In this document: positions 22,512 through 32,777 of the stretch, piece by piece
How the letters are laid out: every line of letters starts with the position of its first letter
Numbering within the stretch: the stretch's first letter is position 1
DNA from: Nitrososphaerales archaeon
Lineage (GTDB): Archaea > Thermoproteota > Nitrososphaeria > Nitrososphaerales > UBA213
Direction of reading: 5' to 3'
NCBI GenBank assembly: GCA_965197925.1
Contig: CBDAOC010000018.1
Location: 256,001-320,000 of the forward strand
DNA: 64,000 bases
The notes under the pieces: model-generated
What the model saw: only the letters and a program-made list of their open reading frames with translations
Databases searched by the model: none
Told to the model about the DNA's origin: nothing
Made by a program: the position numbers and the translations under genes

Positions 22512-23592
22512 TTAAAATATCGAAAGAACTACACGTTGCTTTACACCCTATGATTTTTGAAATATTTGGTGTCATATCCTTACACTCTACGAACTGTTTT
22601 ATTGTAAGCCCACCATCAACAACCATCAATAATGTTAGAATATTCTTCAATGCGTTTGCTTTTATTTGATAAATCTTCCTGCTTACTTCTTGTCCATGTC
22701 TTCCAGAGAATCTTACATATGTGTTATTCAGATTATTTAGCTTCTCTAATAAAGCGTTATTGATTTCAGAAGCACATTCTACTATCAATTTAACCTTCAT
22801 CTTGAATTTTATAGGCTTGTCAGGTAATCTTTCAACCCTTTTAAGGAATTTGACCTGTACCCCATCTTCATTGACAAATCTTGGCCTGGAAAATCTTGTT
22901 TTTGGATTGATAATCTTTACAAAAAAAGGTCTTCCATCATTGAGAACCAAACTATCCTTATCCTCGCCTCCCATCCATGCAAATTTTGTACTTTCACACT
23001 TAAAGGAATCAATCAACTTTCCTTCTATTATACCCTCTATACTGTCATACCCAGATAATCTAATATTCTTACATTTTGAGCAGCTTTTGTCCATACAAAT
23101 ATTACAACGTTGTCGTTTCTGTCTCAAACCCCTTGTGTGCTTCACATATCTACCGAATAGAAATACAGGCCCCGACCTTACCTTCACATCTTTTGTGACA
23201 GGGTTGATATTGATTGTGACATCTGGTTTGTTATAGTCCACTTGCCTTCCAGATTTTCTACTAAGCCTTTTACCTAACTCTTTTGTTAGATTGTTCTTCA
23301 CATTTTCTGTACCTTTGATCTTAAACCTTGATCTGATTTCGTCTTCCCGTTCCAGCATGACGGATGGTAAAACTGCACCTATGAGGAAAGTATTGTATGT
23401 ATACATCTTCAATTCTGCAAGAACAATTTCTAACAAATCATCAATCCTATCCATTAATCCATTACAGATATAGCATTCATTTTTTATTTTCTTACTATTT
23501 TTAGATATCTTCTTAGATGATTGTCTTGCAAGACAGATAGTGCATAGAGTATATTTTTTCAGGATATCTGACTCTGTTACGGTATTAACCAA
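22492..23592 (-). CDS. pus10: tRNA pseudouridine(54/55) synthase Pus10
   Basis: N-terminal CxxC..CYIC, GRYVK, GGEDKDS (catalytic Asp region), GRPFF, GGLTIKQFV. Confidence 0.88.
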   Translation of the reverse strand: MVNTVTESDILKKYTLCTICLARQSSKKISKNSKKIKNECYICNGLMDRIDDLLEIVLAELKMYTYNTFLIGAVLPSVMLEREDEIRSRFKIKGTENVKNNLTKELGKRLSRKSGRQVDYNKPDVTININPVTKDVKVRSGPVFLFGRYVKHTRGLRQKRQRCNICMDKSCSKCKNIRLSGYDSIEGIIEGKLIDSFKCESTKFAWMGGEDKDSLVLNDGRPFFVKIINPKTRFSRPRFVNEDGVQVKFLKRVERLPDKPIKFKMKVKLIVECASEINNALLEKLNNLNNTYVRFSGRHGQEVSRKIYQIKANALKNILTLLMVVDGGLTIKQFVECKDMTPNISKIIGCKATCSSFDILNVEFVD

Positions 23593-24913
23593 TACCGAAT
23601 CTCCTTAACAAACCTTGCATCTGCCTGCCCTTCGATGCTTTCATGACATCCTTTGAGCGTTTGTAATTTGTTAACAATTCTTTCACGTCGCGTTCGGGTA
23701 ATCCACAACCACGCGCAACACGTTTTATTCTTGAAGCATTAAAAAGATCTGGATTAATCCTTTCTTTCTTTGTCATGGATTGTATGACATAACGCCATTT
23801 AATCATCTTTTTTTCCATCACATCAATATCATCGTCTTTCATTGCACCAGACAGGCCTGGAATATGTTCAAAGACGGCTCGTAACGAACCCATCTTTCCT
23901 ACTTGTTCAAGTTGGAAGTAGAAATCATCTATCGTCATCTTTCCACTTGTTATTCTCTTAACTTTTGCTTCATCAGCTTCTGACTCGAGTGTCCTGGCCA
24001 TATCCAGTAACGCTTTGACATCTCCCATTCCGAGTAATCTTCCAACAAATCTAGTGGGTGAGAATTGTTCTAGGTCATCTATTCTTTCACCAGTTCCAAT
24101 AAACATTATCCTTGCCCCGGTAGCAGCGGCTGCAGATAAAGCTCCACCTCCTTTTGCTGAACCATCGAGTTTTGTTACAATTATACCGCCTACCGGAACA
24201 GTGTTGTGAAATGATGCCGCTTGATTGTAACATTGTTGTCCTATGGTCCCATCTATAACAAGTACCACAAGATCTGGGGCAACTTTTTTGTAAATATTGT
24301 TCATTTCGTCTAGCAACTCCTTTTCTTCTTTATGTCTTCCAGCCGTATCGACTATGATAACATCAAGGTTGGATGATTTGAAATAATCTAGCCCTTTCCT
24401 AGATACTTCTACTGGATCTTTTAAGCTTTCATCTCCATATACATCAACATTGATTTTTTTACAAATCATCTTCAGCTGAGTAAGCGCACCAGGTCTGAAG
24501 GTATCTGCACCTATTACACCAACAGCGTATCCATGCTTTGATAACCACCTAGCTATCTTGCCAGTAACTGTCGTCTTCCCGCTTCCTTGGATACCAATCA
24601 TCAGCATAATGTTTGTCTTATTTGGTTTGAAGTAGAGCGGTTTCTCCTCACCAAGCAATCTTGCCAGTTCATCATATAATATCTTTACAATATGATCCTT
24701 TCTTAACAATCCTGGAGGAGGTTGCTCGTGTAAAGCTCTCTGTTGGAGTTTGTTTGTGACATCCAGAACGAGCTTAACGTTAACGTCAGAACCTAGAAGT
24801 GATCTCTGTACGTCCTTCGCAAGGTCTTTGATCAAATTTTCATCTATGTTGGAGGCTCCAACAAGCTTTTTCAGTGCGCCTCTTAACCCAGTTCTCAGAG
24901 AGTCTAGAACCAT
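23585..24913 (-). CDS. srp54: signal recognition particle protein SRP54
   Basis: Motifs GIQGSGKTT, DTAGRH, TKLDGSAKGGG and M-domain SMT..ER. Confidence 0.97.
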   Translation of the reverse strand: MVLDSLRTGLRGALKKLVGASNIDENLIKDLAKDVQRSLLGSDVNVKLVLDVTNKLQQRALHEQPPPGLLRKDHIVKILYDELARLLGEEKPLYFKPNKTNIMLMIGIQGSGKTTVTGKIARWLSKHGYAVGVIGADTFRPGALTQLKMICKKINVDVYGDESLKDPVEVSRKGLDYFKSSNLDVIIVDTAGRHKEEKELLDEMNNIYKKVAPDLVVLVIDGTIGQQCYNQAASFHNTVPVGGIIVTKLDGSAKGGGALSAAAATGARIMFIGTGERIDDLEQFSPTRFVGRLLGMGDVKALLDMARTLESEADEAKVKRITSGKMTIDDFYFQLEQVGKMGSLRAVFEHIPGLSGAMKDDDIDVMEKKMIKWRYVIQSMTKKERINPDLFNASRIKRVARGCGLPERDVKELLTNYKRSKDVMKASKGRQMQGLLRRFGIG

Positions 24914-25660
24914 TCAGTCTTCGTTATCTACTGAGGCATCCGGTATTTCAAATTAATGAATGACTATTTTGTCTATTAGAGACGGCAGAAGCCTATTTAG
25001 GCGGGTTCGTAAGTTCAACTTAATCTTCTTGTTATAGAGGATTAAACTGCTGAAATATTGATATTTATGGAATCTATTTGTGTTACTAAATATGTCAGAT
25101 ATGTGAAAGTGTAGTAGTAAGTACATTACAATGCGTAGTAGAAAGATACCAAATAAGCTAACCTAAGTTGGAAGCGTTGCAACAAGTATTCTGACTATCT
25201 ACTTGGTACTTCGGCAAACAAATTCTAGGTTAATATCACCAAATAACCATCTAATTTTTCTATTTTGATAAAATGGAGTGAATTAATTAATGACAGTTTT
25301 ATGATTTAGCAACATTTGTTTTTTTCTTGATTTTACCTTGTAGCCACATTTATTTTGGATTATAATATCTTATTTTGATATTATAGAAGTGTAACATGAT
25401 AAATTCAAATGAAATGTGGTACAATTGAAAATATTTCTCCTAAGCTATTTGTGTAAATACCCAAACATCGAATCTCCTTTTTCCGATAGGAATTCCTGGA
25501 GGTTTTGGTCTGCCTCCCGATTATCTAAGGACAGCTTACTCAATCTGCCTCATTCTTAATTGAAGTCATCTTTGGACTATGGCATCATAACCATTAAAAT
25601 ATCACAAATTGTTCTTTCTATATATTTACTATAATATAGGAGAAATAGTTCTTGCGGGAA

Positions 25661-26344
25661 TTACTTATTGATTAGCTCAGCACTTAACTCAAAATAACCA
25701 CGAACACCATCCCAATGTTTTTTTCCTTGTTTTGCTTCTATACGCTTTCTGAATATCGGGCAGTCAAGAACAAAGGTTTCTCCTTCACCACCTTCAAATG
25801 CAATGCTGAATCTATATTTCTTGCTTAAACTCTCAAGCTCTCTCATTGCCGTGTAATCCAGTATACGTCCCAACCATTTCTCGTCCAAACCTTGTGCTGA
25901 AACGCCAACGATCATTATCACGAAATTATGCGCAAGGAGTTCCTGCATGTATTGGGTTTGATCAACACGCCAGCTTGGACTATAACACTTTAAACCAACT
26001 TTATTACAAATTCTGCGAAAATTGGCCCATTGGAACTCACTTGCCAAGGCACCAGTTAATACACCATCAATGTCGAAAGACGTTTTTGCTCTTATTAATG
26101 CCTGTTCGAGCGCATCAAGCTCCTGTTCCTTACTGTTGCACCTTGACTTCGTAATTATCAATGGTGTGCCTAAACATTCTGCATGGTAAGATGTGAAGTA
26201 AGCGTTAGGATAATGAAAGAATAAACTATCATCTCTTTCTGGTAATATTGTAATCAAGCATTTTACTTGATGGTGTTCCTTTAGAGCCTTGTAAACTGAA
26301 AATGTACTATCCTTTCCACCAGAGTACAATGCCGCAAGCTTCAT
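25661..26344 (-). CDS. dph6: diphthine--ammonia ligase (Dph6 family)
   Basis: Motifs SGGKDS and GEGETFVLDCPIF. Confidence 0.88.
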   Translation of the reverse strand: MKLAALYSGGKDSTFSVYKALKEHHQVKCLITILPERDDSLFFHYPNAYFTSYHAECLGTPLIITKSRCNSKEQELDALEQALIRAKTSFDIDGVLTGALASEFQWANFRRICNKVGLKCYSPSWRVDQTQYMQELLAHNFVIMIVGVSAQGLDEKWLGRILDYTAMRELESLSKKYRFSIAFEGGEGETFVLDCPIFRKRIEAKQGKKHWDGVRGYFELSAELINK

Positions 26345-26363
26345 CTCGTATTATAATCTAATT

Positions 26364-26533
26364 TTACAGGCCATCTATATCTTTTCCTTTAATTAGTCGA
26401 GATTCTGGTATAATCCTTCTGATAGTAGTTTCTTTTACTATTGCAGATAGGGTACATCCTCCCCTGCAGCATAATTCAAGCAACTTTACATGTTCTTCTT
26501 CTGTTAATTTAGTGACAAAACTCGTGGAGTCAT
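26364..26533 (-). pseudogene. possible frameshifted ribbon-helix-helix (CopG-like) protein remnant
   Basis: MTPRV, then a frameshift into VTKLTEEEHVKLLELCCRGGCTLSAIVKET, a strand-helix-G-helix pattern. Confidence 0.3.
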
Positions 26534-26682
26534 TGTAGACCTAATAGACTAAAGCTAAACCATGGTCTAGATGTTTCTGCGCTAATTCAATCTCAGTGTT
26601 ATCTTTTCTAACGCTTCCAGAAGATAGTTGAGAGAATGAATCCGTTCAAAGTGCACACATTCTATGTTGTTTTCCATACAAC

Positions 26683-26985
26683 CATGCATTATTACAGTTC
26701 TATCAATCTGAACTTGGGTAGTACATACACTCTCTCAGGAGCGTAAGCATTGAACCTTTGTTAGAGCATATGAAGGATGTATTTGCAATCGATCCATTAC
26801 CAGTTAGAAGGTTCTAAATAGCAAGGAGTATAATGCTGCTATCAGTATTGTTGTATCAGGTAATGGTTTACTACAACTATCTAGCAAGAAGACCATTAAG
26901 AGAAATGAAGTATATGTTGGGCAGTTAGTTAAACTGCATCCATATGGGGCAGATATTCTTATTGCTTAATTATTCCCAACCCTCA
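26683..26985 (+). mobile_element. degenerate 3' remnant of a 'GAGGC-TIR' IS
   Basis: Homologous to the transposase C-terminus (LQFYQSE...YMLGS*), followed by the right TIR AATTATTCCCAACCCTCA. Confidence 0.8.
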
Positions 26986-27232
26986 GTTAGTTATTCTAAA
27001 AGTTTTTCTAATGTATCAAGATCTCGATATTTTGAATTTTATGCTGATAAGGATCTATTCCACAAATAATAATTATCCACTATCTCCCATTTTTCCAAAG
27101 TATTATGAAGGTGCTATCATAGAACTAGAGTGTTCTGCATCAAAACTTTTCTTGTGTTATGTAATGATCTGAACGATCGTTACTGAGTATAATCAGGGGC
27201 AGTCCATATATCTTTCTGCCTCTAACAATATT

Positions 27233-27647
27233 TTAACCCTTTACCCTTACTACCATGGTTCTATCAAGCACCTTCCAGTATTCTACTTCTACTCCTTGTT
27301 GTATCTTGGGCTTTGCATTTTCATCAATTGCTTTGGTATCAAAGACCTCGAAGGTTTCAAGATCCATGATCTGTAAGTTATCATCTGTCATTGCTATAAT
27401 CTGCCCATTTCTCTTATCTATGAGAGGAGTCTCTACATTAGAATCTACGGGAGAAACAAGGCTTCTTCTAGTGCCATCAAACACACCTATGCCAACAACC
27501 CTTGCCTTTGCAGAACCATGCTATCTGGGCAGTTCAATACTGCATTCCAGGCTTGCTTTTATCATAGGATACGATCCTGCAGGGCTCTTCATCAATTAGT
27601 ATGTAAGATCCTTCCTTCAAACTTCCAAGATCTACTGGCTTACTCAT
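27233..27647 (-). CDS. eif5a: translation factor aIF5A (eIF5A), split: exon 1 27647-27545, 22-nt intron 27544-27523, exon 2 27522-27233; 130 aa after splicing
   Basis: [34 protein letters not shown][A^AG = K35][16 protein letters not shown]...QIMDLETFE. The exons total 393 nt with no other lesion. Confidence 0.93.
27523..27544 (-). other. predicted bulge-helix-bulge mRNA intron in eIF5A
   Basis: GC CTGG AA^T GCAGT-ATTGA-ACTGC CCAG AT^A GC: 4-bp central helix, two 3-nt bulges, and flanking helices. Confidence 0.88.
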
Positions 27648-27670
27648 ATTATTCACAAACATAGTTGTGA

Positions 27671-27678
27671 TATTTAAC
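27671..27678 (-). promoter_or_regulatory. putative TATA box of eIF5A (leaderless transcript)
   Basis: GTTAAATA 24-31 nt upstream of the ATG, preceded by a purine-rich BRE-like AAAT. Confidence 0.55.
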
Positions 27679-28330
27679 ATTTACACATTTAGAAATATCC
27701 ATACTTTGAAGAACTCTTAAGTGATTCCAAATCAAGATATACATCGCACTGTTTCCCTTTAGTATATATGAAATCTAATTAAGAAATCTATCTTCTAATT
27801 TTGCTTTTCCGCATTATGGAAGTCATTCATATTATTCACTACTTTCTCCATAAGGCTTTGAGTTACATAAAAGACAAAGAAACACTAAACAATTTTTACT
27901 CTGGCTCGTATATAAAGAATTCATTCTTAGAATGTATTGCAAGTTCTGTATTCCGCATAACTTCGCGTATCAAACTTCTATTCTTCTGATTGTTTGTAGT
28001 TGACACAGATATACCAACAGCCCTTACACCTTGATATATTCTTGCCCAAGCCGGTATGGAGGACATTTCCTTATTCCTATGCTAATAATTCCCAGCATTC
28101 CCTATGACGAGTATCAAGTTTTCAATGACTCCAATCTCTAGATATGAAACATTTTTTTCATATCCTGGTGAGGTTAAAGGACTCGTAAATTGACCACTAA
28201 AGATTCTGATTAGAGGATAATGTTACTACAAAGCCACAATCCAAGAGAATTACCGCAGAAAGCATCATCACCCAACTTGATTTAATACCAATATTCAATA
28301 TGAATACATATGTAGATAATGTTAATATTT

Positions 28331-28945
28331 TTATTCCTTAAGTTCTGAGAGAACAGAAAAACTTACTAGATTGTTAATGCTTATTCCCTTCCTTAGGATT
28401 TCCTTAAGGGTCCTTTCGCAGTACTTTCTATCACTTCTATGGCTTTTCTCGCTTTCTAACTCCAGTAGTACAATATCTTTTAAATAAGGAAATCTGAATT
28501 TTAAAGAGGGTTCAGATATTACCCCCATTTCCGTCAATGAAGCAGTTCTCAATCTTTCTCTCTTTCGTAAAAATACATATTCCATTTCATCAAGAGTATC
28601 CTGATCGTATGACTGTTTGATGAAATATATAGATAGATAATTCAATTTAGCCAACACTGGCGTCTGAAATAACAACTTCTTTTTGAAAAATACAAATGAC
28701 ATTTTATCTCCAGCATATTAATTAAGTTCCTTTTTTACATATTCAAAATCCGAAAAAGATGCTAGCAAGTAGTAATTTGAGTAATTTGGAAAGTAAGATT
28801 TACCCTCAAGAGAGAACGTAGCCGTTGCAGAATATATTTCCTGTATATTATTAGATTCTTTCCAGATGTGCTCCAATGTTTTATAATCGATATTATTAGA
28901 ATTTGGTACGCAAATATATCCCCACATTATTGTCCATCTATACAA
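28331..28945 (-). pseudogene. two short hypothetical ORFs, probably fragments of one decayed gene
   Basis: ORFs 28718-28945 and 28331-28702 are in the same frame, separated by one stop. Very AT-rich; no family recognised. Confidence 0.4.
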
Positions 28946-29239
28946 TGCTATTCTAAATATAATAACCTTAGATTATATTTTTTTCAATGTAGGAACCCGA
29001 AGAGATTTAAAACGAGTAAATTACGTATAATTTACCTTATATGGTTAAATTTACCTTATATGGTTAAAAATTCAAGATATAATGTTAATCCTATTGAGTA
29101 TCATTTATAGCTTTAGTACATTTAAGATTTTCCAAGCAATTAGCACGTTTGTTAAACTTTGTAGTTGATGTTTGATTTCAGTTAGCAATTTAATCTAATA
29201 CAAAGTAACACAGTTTGGTTTAAGAAAATCCATCCCTTC

Positions 29240-29785
29240 GTCGTGTCGAATTATTACCATATTATAGCAGTTATCCAAACCCTTTTGGATTTATTGCAAT
29301 GAACATGTTGAATATGGATGCTTTTAGCATGTCCCTGTTTGCTACCTTTATGCCAGAGGAATCTGCAGTTATTACAATAACATCCTCCATAATTGATGGA
29401 TCTATCTAGATGTCCATCTTCGCTACTCTCCATACTATGTTTGTGAAGTGAGGTGCATTCAGTCCCTTTACATGTTTACTTACTTCACCCTTGTGAATCC
29501 TTCTAACTGCCTGTATGGTAGCAGGTAAGCATGTACAACAGAAAGCATCGCTAGGAATGATTCTGGATACAGGAATGGCGTGCCTACCTTACCTTCATTC
29601 ATTCTTACAAGCTCATCAGGCCATGAATTTATGAAATCCATATCAAAAAGTATCACTCCTCTCCTTACCAGGGCTTCATTGCAATCCTTCCAGTTCCATT
29701 CAGGTATGAATCTCAATGATAACAAGTGATCAAAATTTCATTCCATCTAATATTCACGATCTTCTAGTTGATGATTCGACACAGC
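29240..29785 (-). mobile_element. internally deleted IS5-family (IS903-group-like) element
   Basis: NEALVRRG...GTPFLYPES...LPYRQLEG transposase N-terminus with a stop. Imperfect TIRs GCTGTGTCGAATCAT / GTCGTGTCGAATTAT. Confidence 0.8.
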
Positions 29786-29793
29786 AAATAGTT

Positions 29794-30702
29794 CTATTGG
29801 GTATAAGAGTCACTAAGAGGGATACTCTTTGTGCTATTAGCAATGTGCCAGATAGGACTTCTTACATCTTTTGGAAACCTTGAAAGGTAAATAGGGAGTG
29901 AAACGTAGGCTATTGCTGTCGCGATCATACCTTTCGGATCTTGAAGTGCTTCCTTAATAGTTTCTTTGAAAATTAAGGAATGAGGCAATTTCAAGTTAAA
30001 TTTGTCGATATAGTCATTTATATGCGAATGTCCATTCACAGCTCTTACAACCTGGGATGCAAAATCAAGCATTCTACAAGCTGGTTTGAACCAAACTACA
30101 GCCTCATCGCAATAATAAATTTTGTAGCCAAACTCCATTACTATACACTGTAGGTACAGATCCGTCGCTATTATGTCAGGAACAGTTATCATTTTTGCTA
30201 AATCAGCATGAATAGATAATCCTCTACCCATGACTGTATACTGTGATAACATCTGCTTCCTGACACGCCTTAACCAGAATGCATTAAAGGATGATGCCTT
30301 CGCTGCAATACCTTTCTGATTTAGTGGTAATGGGTTCGAGGCACATATCCCAATATCATCCCTTAACTTCGATGTCAGCAAATGTGTAGTATCCTTACCA
30401 GGTAGTACATCCGCATCATACAAAACTATTGTATCACCTCGGGCATTCCTAAAAATCTCATTCCAGGCATTGGCAACGCCTCTTCTTCTATTGTGATGTA
30501 ATAATGATATATCAATTCGAGATTTTCTTGCAAAATCATTTACTAATTCGGGTGTATTATCCGTGGAATCATCAGAAATTATTATCTCATCTATTCTATT
30601 TTCTCCATCCATAACTTGAGCATCCAGCACTTCAAGTAGAATTCTTATGCTATTCTCTTCGTTGTATGATGGTATACCTACCGTAATCCGCATACTTTTC
30701 AA
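29794..30702 (-). CDS. glycosyltransferase family 2
   Basis: Motifs GIPSYNEE, DDSTDNT, YDADV. Confidence 0.9.
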   Translation of the reverse strand: MKSMRITVGIPSYNEENSIRILLEVLDAQVMDGENRIDEIIISDDSTDNTPELVNDFARKSRIDISLLHHNRRRGVANAWNEIFRNARGDTIVLYDADVLPGKDTTHLLTSKLRDDIGICASNPLPLNQKGIAAKASSFNAFWLRRVRKQMLSQYTVMGRGLSIHADLAKMITVPDIIATDLYLQCIVMEFGYKIYYCDEAVVWFKPACRMLDFASQVVRAVNGHSHINDYIDKFNLKLPHSLIFKETIKEALQDPKGMIATAIAYVSLPIYLSRFPKDVRSPIWHIANSTKSIPLSDSYTQ

Positions 30703-30727
30703 AAACTAAACATTAATTTAACCTTCA

Positions 30728-30991
30728 CTAAGAAAGTTGGATACTGAATAGATTTGTACTTATGATCGAGCCATTTCGTGTAGTCTTCACCTTGGAAATT
30801 ACAATGTTATGAGCCCAAATTGTCACCATTATAGAACCATCTGGAATTCCTTCTGGTCGGTCGATAACTATCATGTCAGACATTTCAACACCACACTCCA
30901 CGAGTTTGTTCTTGCACTGAAGTACCAACTCTTCAGAATAGCCAGTATTGTAAAGGTAAACACTACCCTGATATTCGAGTCTATTAGTCAC
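30728..30991 (-). CDS. hypothetical protein
   Basis: 87-aa ORF co-oriented with the GT2 gene. Confidence 0.65.
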   Translation of the reverse strand: MTNRLEYQGSVYLYNTGYSEELVLQCKNKLVECGVEMSDMIVIDRPEGIPDGSIMVTIWAHNIVISKVKTTRNGSIISTNLFSIQLS

Positions 30992-31077
30992 TAACTATCA
31001 GTTGAAAATAGTAGGAAAAAAATCTTTCATTTCGTGCTAGATAATTATTTATTTGTCTGCAAGGGTAGCACCTTAGT

Positions 31078-31219
31078 CCCGTGGTAGCTCAGCCTGGTAG
31101 AAGTTACTATCTGCCGAAAGCTTCCGGCTGTAGTGGTTGGCTTATAGCCGATCGGTCTCAGCGTACACAGGCTAACAGATACCGGACCGTCGCAGGTTCA
31201 ATTCCTGCCCACGGGACCA
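31078..31219 (+). tRNA. tRNA-Tyr(GTA) with two introns (22/23 at 31101-31118; 37/38 at 31134-31180); CCA encoded
   Basis: Acceptor CCCGTGG/CCACGGG; anticodon arm TCCGG-CTGTAG^A-CCGGA. D-stem GCTC/GAGC is restored by removing 18 nt. Confidence 0.92.
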
Positions 31220-31287
31220 AACTTCTATTGGACATGTATAATGAATTCATTCGTAATACACATAAATGGGGAAAAGGTAGAGCAGTT

Positions 31288-31785
31288 ATGAGAAAGGAAT
31301 ACGTTGTTGTAAGAATAGACGCAGCACCAGATGGGAGCCCACAAGTGTTTGTTGCACTTTCTGATCCTAAAGATGTTAAGGATAGGGGTCAAACACAAGT
31401 TGGTGGGACACAAATGATGGGCAGTTTCGGATCCATGGAAGATCTAATGAAGAACATAAACAAAATGTTTAGTAGCCAGATGATGGGTGGTTTTACAACT
31501 ACATTGAAATTTAGCATAAAAGAATACGAGGATTCAGGGATAAAGGTAGGGGATAAGGTCCATCTTGATGTGATAAAGCCTACAGGTGAAAGAGCATCAA
31601 ATGAGTTATTACTAAGTCCTGATCAGATGCAGAAATATGAAAGTGTGGTAAGCAACTTGAGCGATTTCGGTATTAAACCAAGTGAATGGTCTACCTTGCG
31701 GGATGATATTTTGAATATGATAAATAAAGGGGTGCCGGTAAGGGAGATTGCTGACTCAGTGACACGCAGAATAAAGGGAAAATAA
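31288..31785 (+). CDS. conserved hypothetical protein, possibly arcadin-1-like N-terminal domain
   Basis: The true start is probably MRKEYVVVRID at 31288, because the longer ORF overlaps tRNA-Tyr. Contains TLKFSIKEYEDSGIKVGDKVHLDV. Confidence 0.6.
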   Translation: MRKEYVVVRIDAAPDGSPQVFVALSDPKDVKDRGQTQVGGTQMMGSFGSMEDLMKNINKMFSSQMMGGFTTTLKFSIKEYEDSGIKVGDKVHLDVIKPTGERASNELLLSPDQMQKYESVVSNLSDFGIKPSEWSTLRDDILNMINKGVPVREIADSVTRRIKGK

Positions 31786-31870
31786 TTCTAGTCAATGTTT
31801 ATTGAGTTACGACTTTTCATTATATGAAAAGGCTAGGTAAACTTATATAATTGTAGTTAAACTGAAGGCT

Positions 31871-32632
31871 ATGAATGGTATACCTGTAATAGCGGTTTTT
31901 GCAGGGTTGTCGCTGTTACTAACAATGGTCTCAATTGATGCCTTTGCAAATGTTACAGATAAAAGAATGGTTACTAATATTTTACTAGACCAAATAGAGG
32001 AATGCCAAAACAGTATATGCAATGCAAAGGTCTTCACGGATGATATCGTAAAATTCACAGGTATGTTAACAGACCGTTCTGGAAATCCTATACGAGATAA
32101 GGAAGTGAAAATAATTACTTTGATTCCGACTCCCGAACTCGTACTACTAACAAGTGCTATTACTGACGATGATGGGATATTCACCGCAGAATGGACTGCA
32201 AAGTTTTCCAAACAGAAAGCTGCATTTCAGGATGTAACAAGAAAATTTAAATCGGATTCATTTGAGGTTTTTGCAGAATTTACCGGTGATGAAGCCATTG
32301 GACCATCTAGATCGAATAAGCTTTCTATTACTGTATCGGTAAATAATGTAAGTACGATGGTAAACTCTGATAAAACACTATACAATGAAGGCGGTACCGT
32401 AGTGATCTTCGTCGCATTCATTGATAGTAATGACGAATTCATCGATCCCGTAAGTATACACTCAACATGGAACAATCAATTTATCAAGTTGGAAAAAAAG
32501 AAGGTGGGTTCATACACATTTACAATTGAAAATCTTGTAAAACAACATCATCAGGTACTTGTAGTACCAGAGAAACAAGGATTTAATGCATCTACAGCAT
32601 TTTTAACAATAATAGTGGCAGGACTACGATAA
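31871..32632 (+). CDS. secreted/surface beta-rich (Ig-like) protein
   Basis: Signal peptide ending AFA; GMLTDRSGNPI and TDDDGIF motifs. Confidence 0.7.
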   Translation: MNGIPVIAVFAGLSLLLTMVSIDAFANVTDKRMVTNILLDQIEECQNSICNAKVFTDDIVKFTGMLTDRSGNPIRDKEVKIITLIPTPELVLLTSAITDDDGIFTAEWTAKFSKQKAAFQDVTRKFKSDSFEVFAEFTGDEAIGPSRSNKLSITVSVNNVSTMVNSDKTLYNEGGTVVIFVAFIDSNDEFIDPVSIHSTWNNQFIKLEKKKVGSYTFTIENLVKQHHQVLVVPEKQGFNASTAFLTIIVAGLR

Positions 32633-32777
32633 ATTAATGTACTTTTCACATGATTTAATATCTAGTAAGCATGATATTTTATTCTCTCGTCACCAGTAAC
32701 CGAGATCATTATCATCATGCAATATGAATTTGAGAATTTAATGGATTTATATACATCATAATATTGCTTGAATTCGT

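Noticed and set aside
27233..27484. ORF-track 83-aa protein, or eIF5A as a frameshifted pseudogene
   Set aside because: The only lesion is a 22-nt insert whose ends coincide with BHB cut sites. It is not a tandem duplication or an IS footprint, and both exons and the promoter look intact.
29029..29069. Tandem duplication of AATTTACCTTATATGGTTA
   Set aside because: A simple two-copy slippage duplication in a decayed AT-rich region with no further structure.
31081..31287. N-terminal 69 codons of ORF 31081-31785
   Set aside because: They overlap tRNA-Tyr; the real start is probably 31288.
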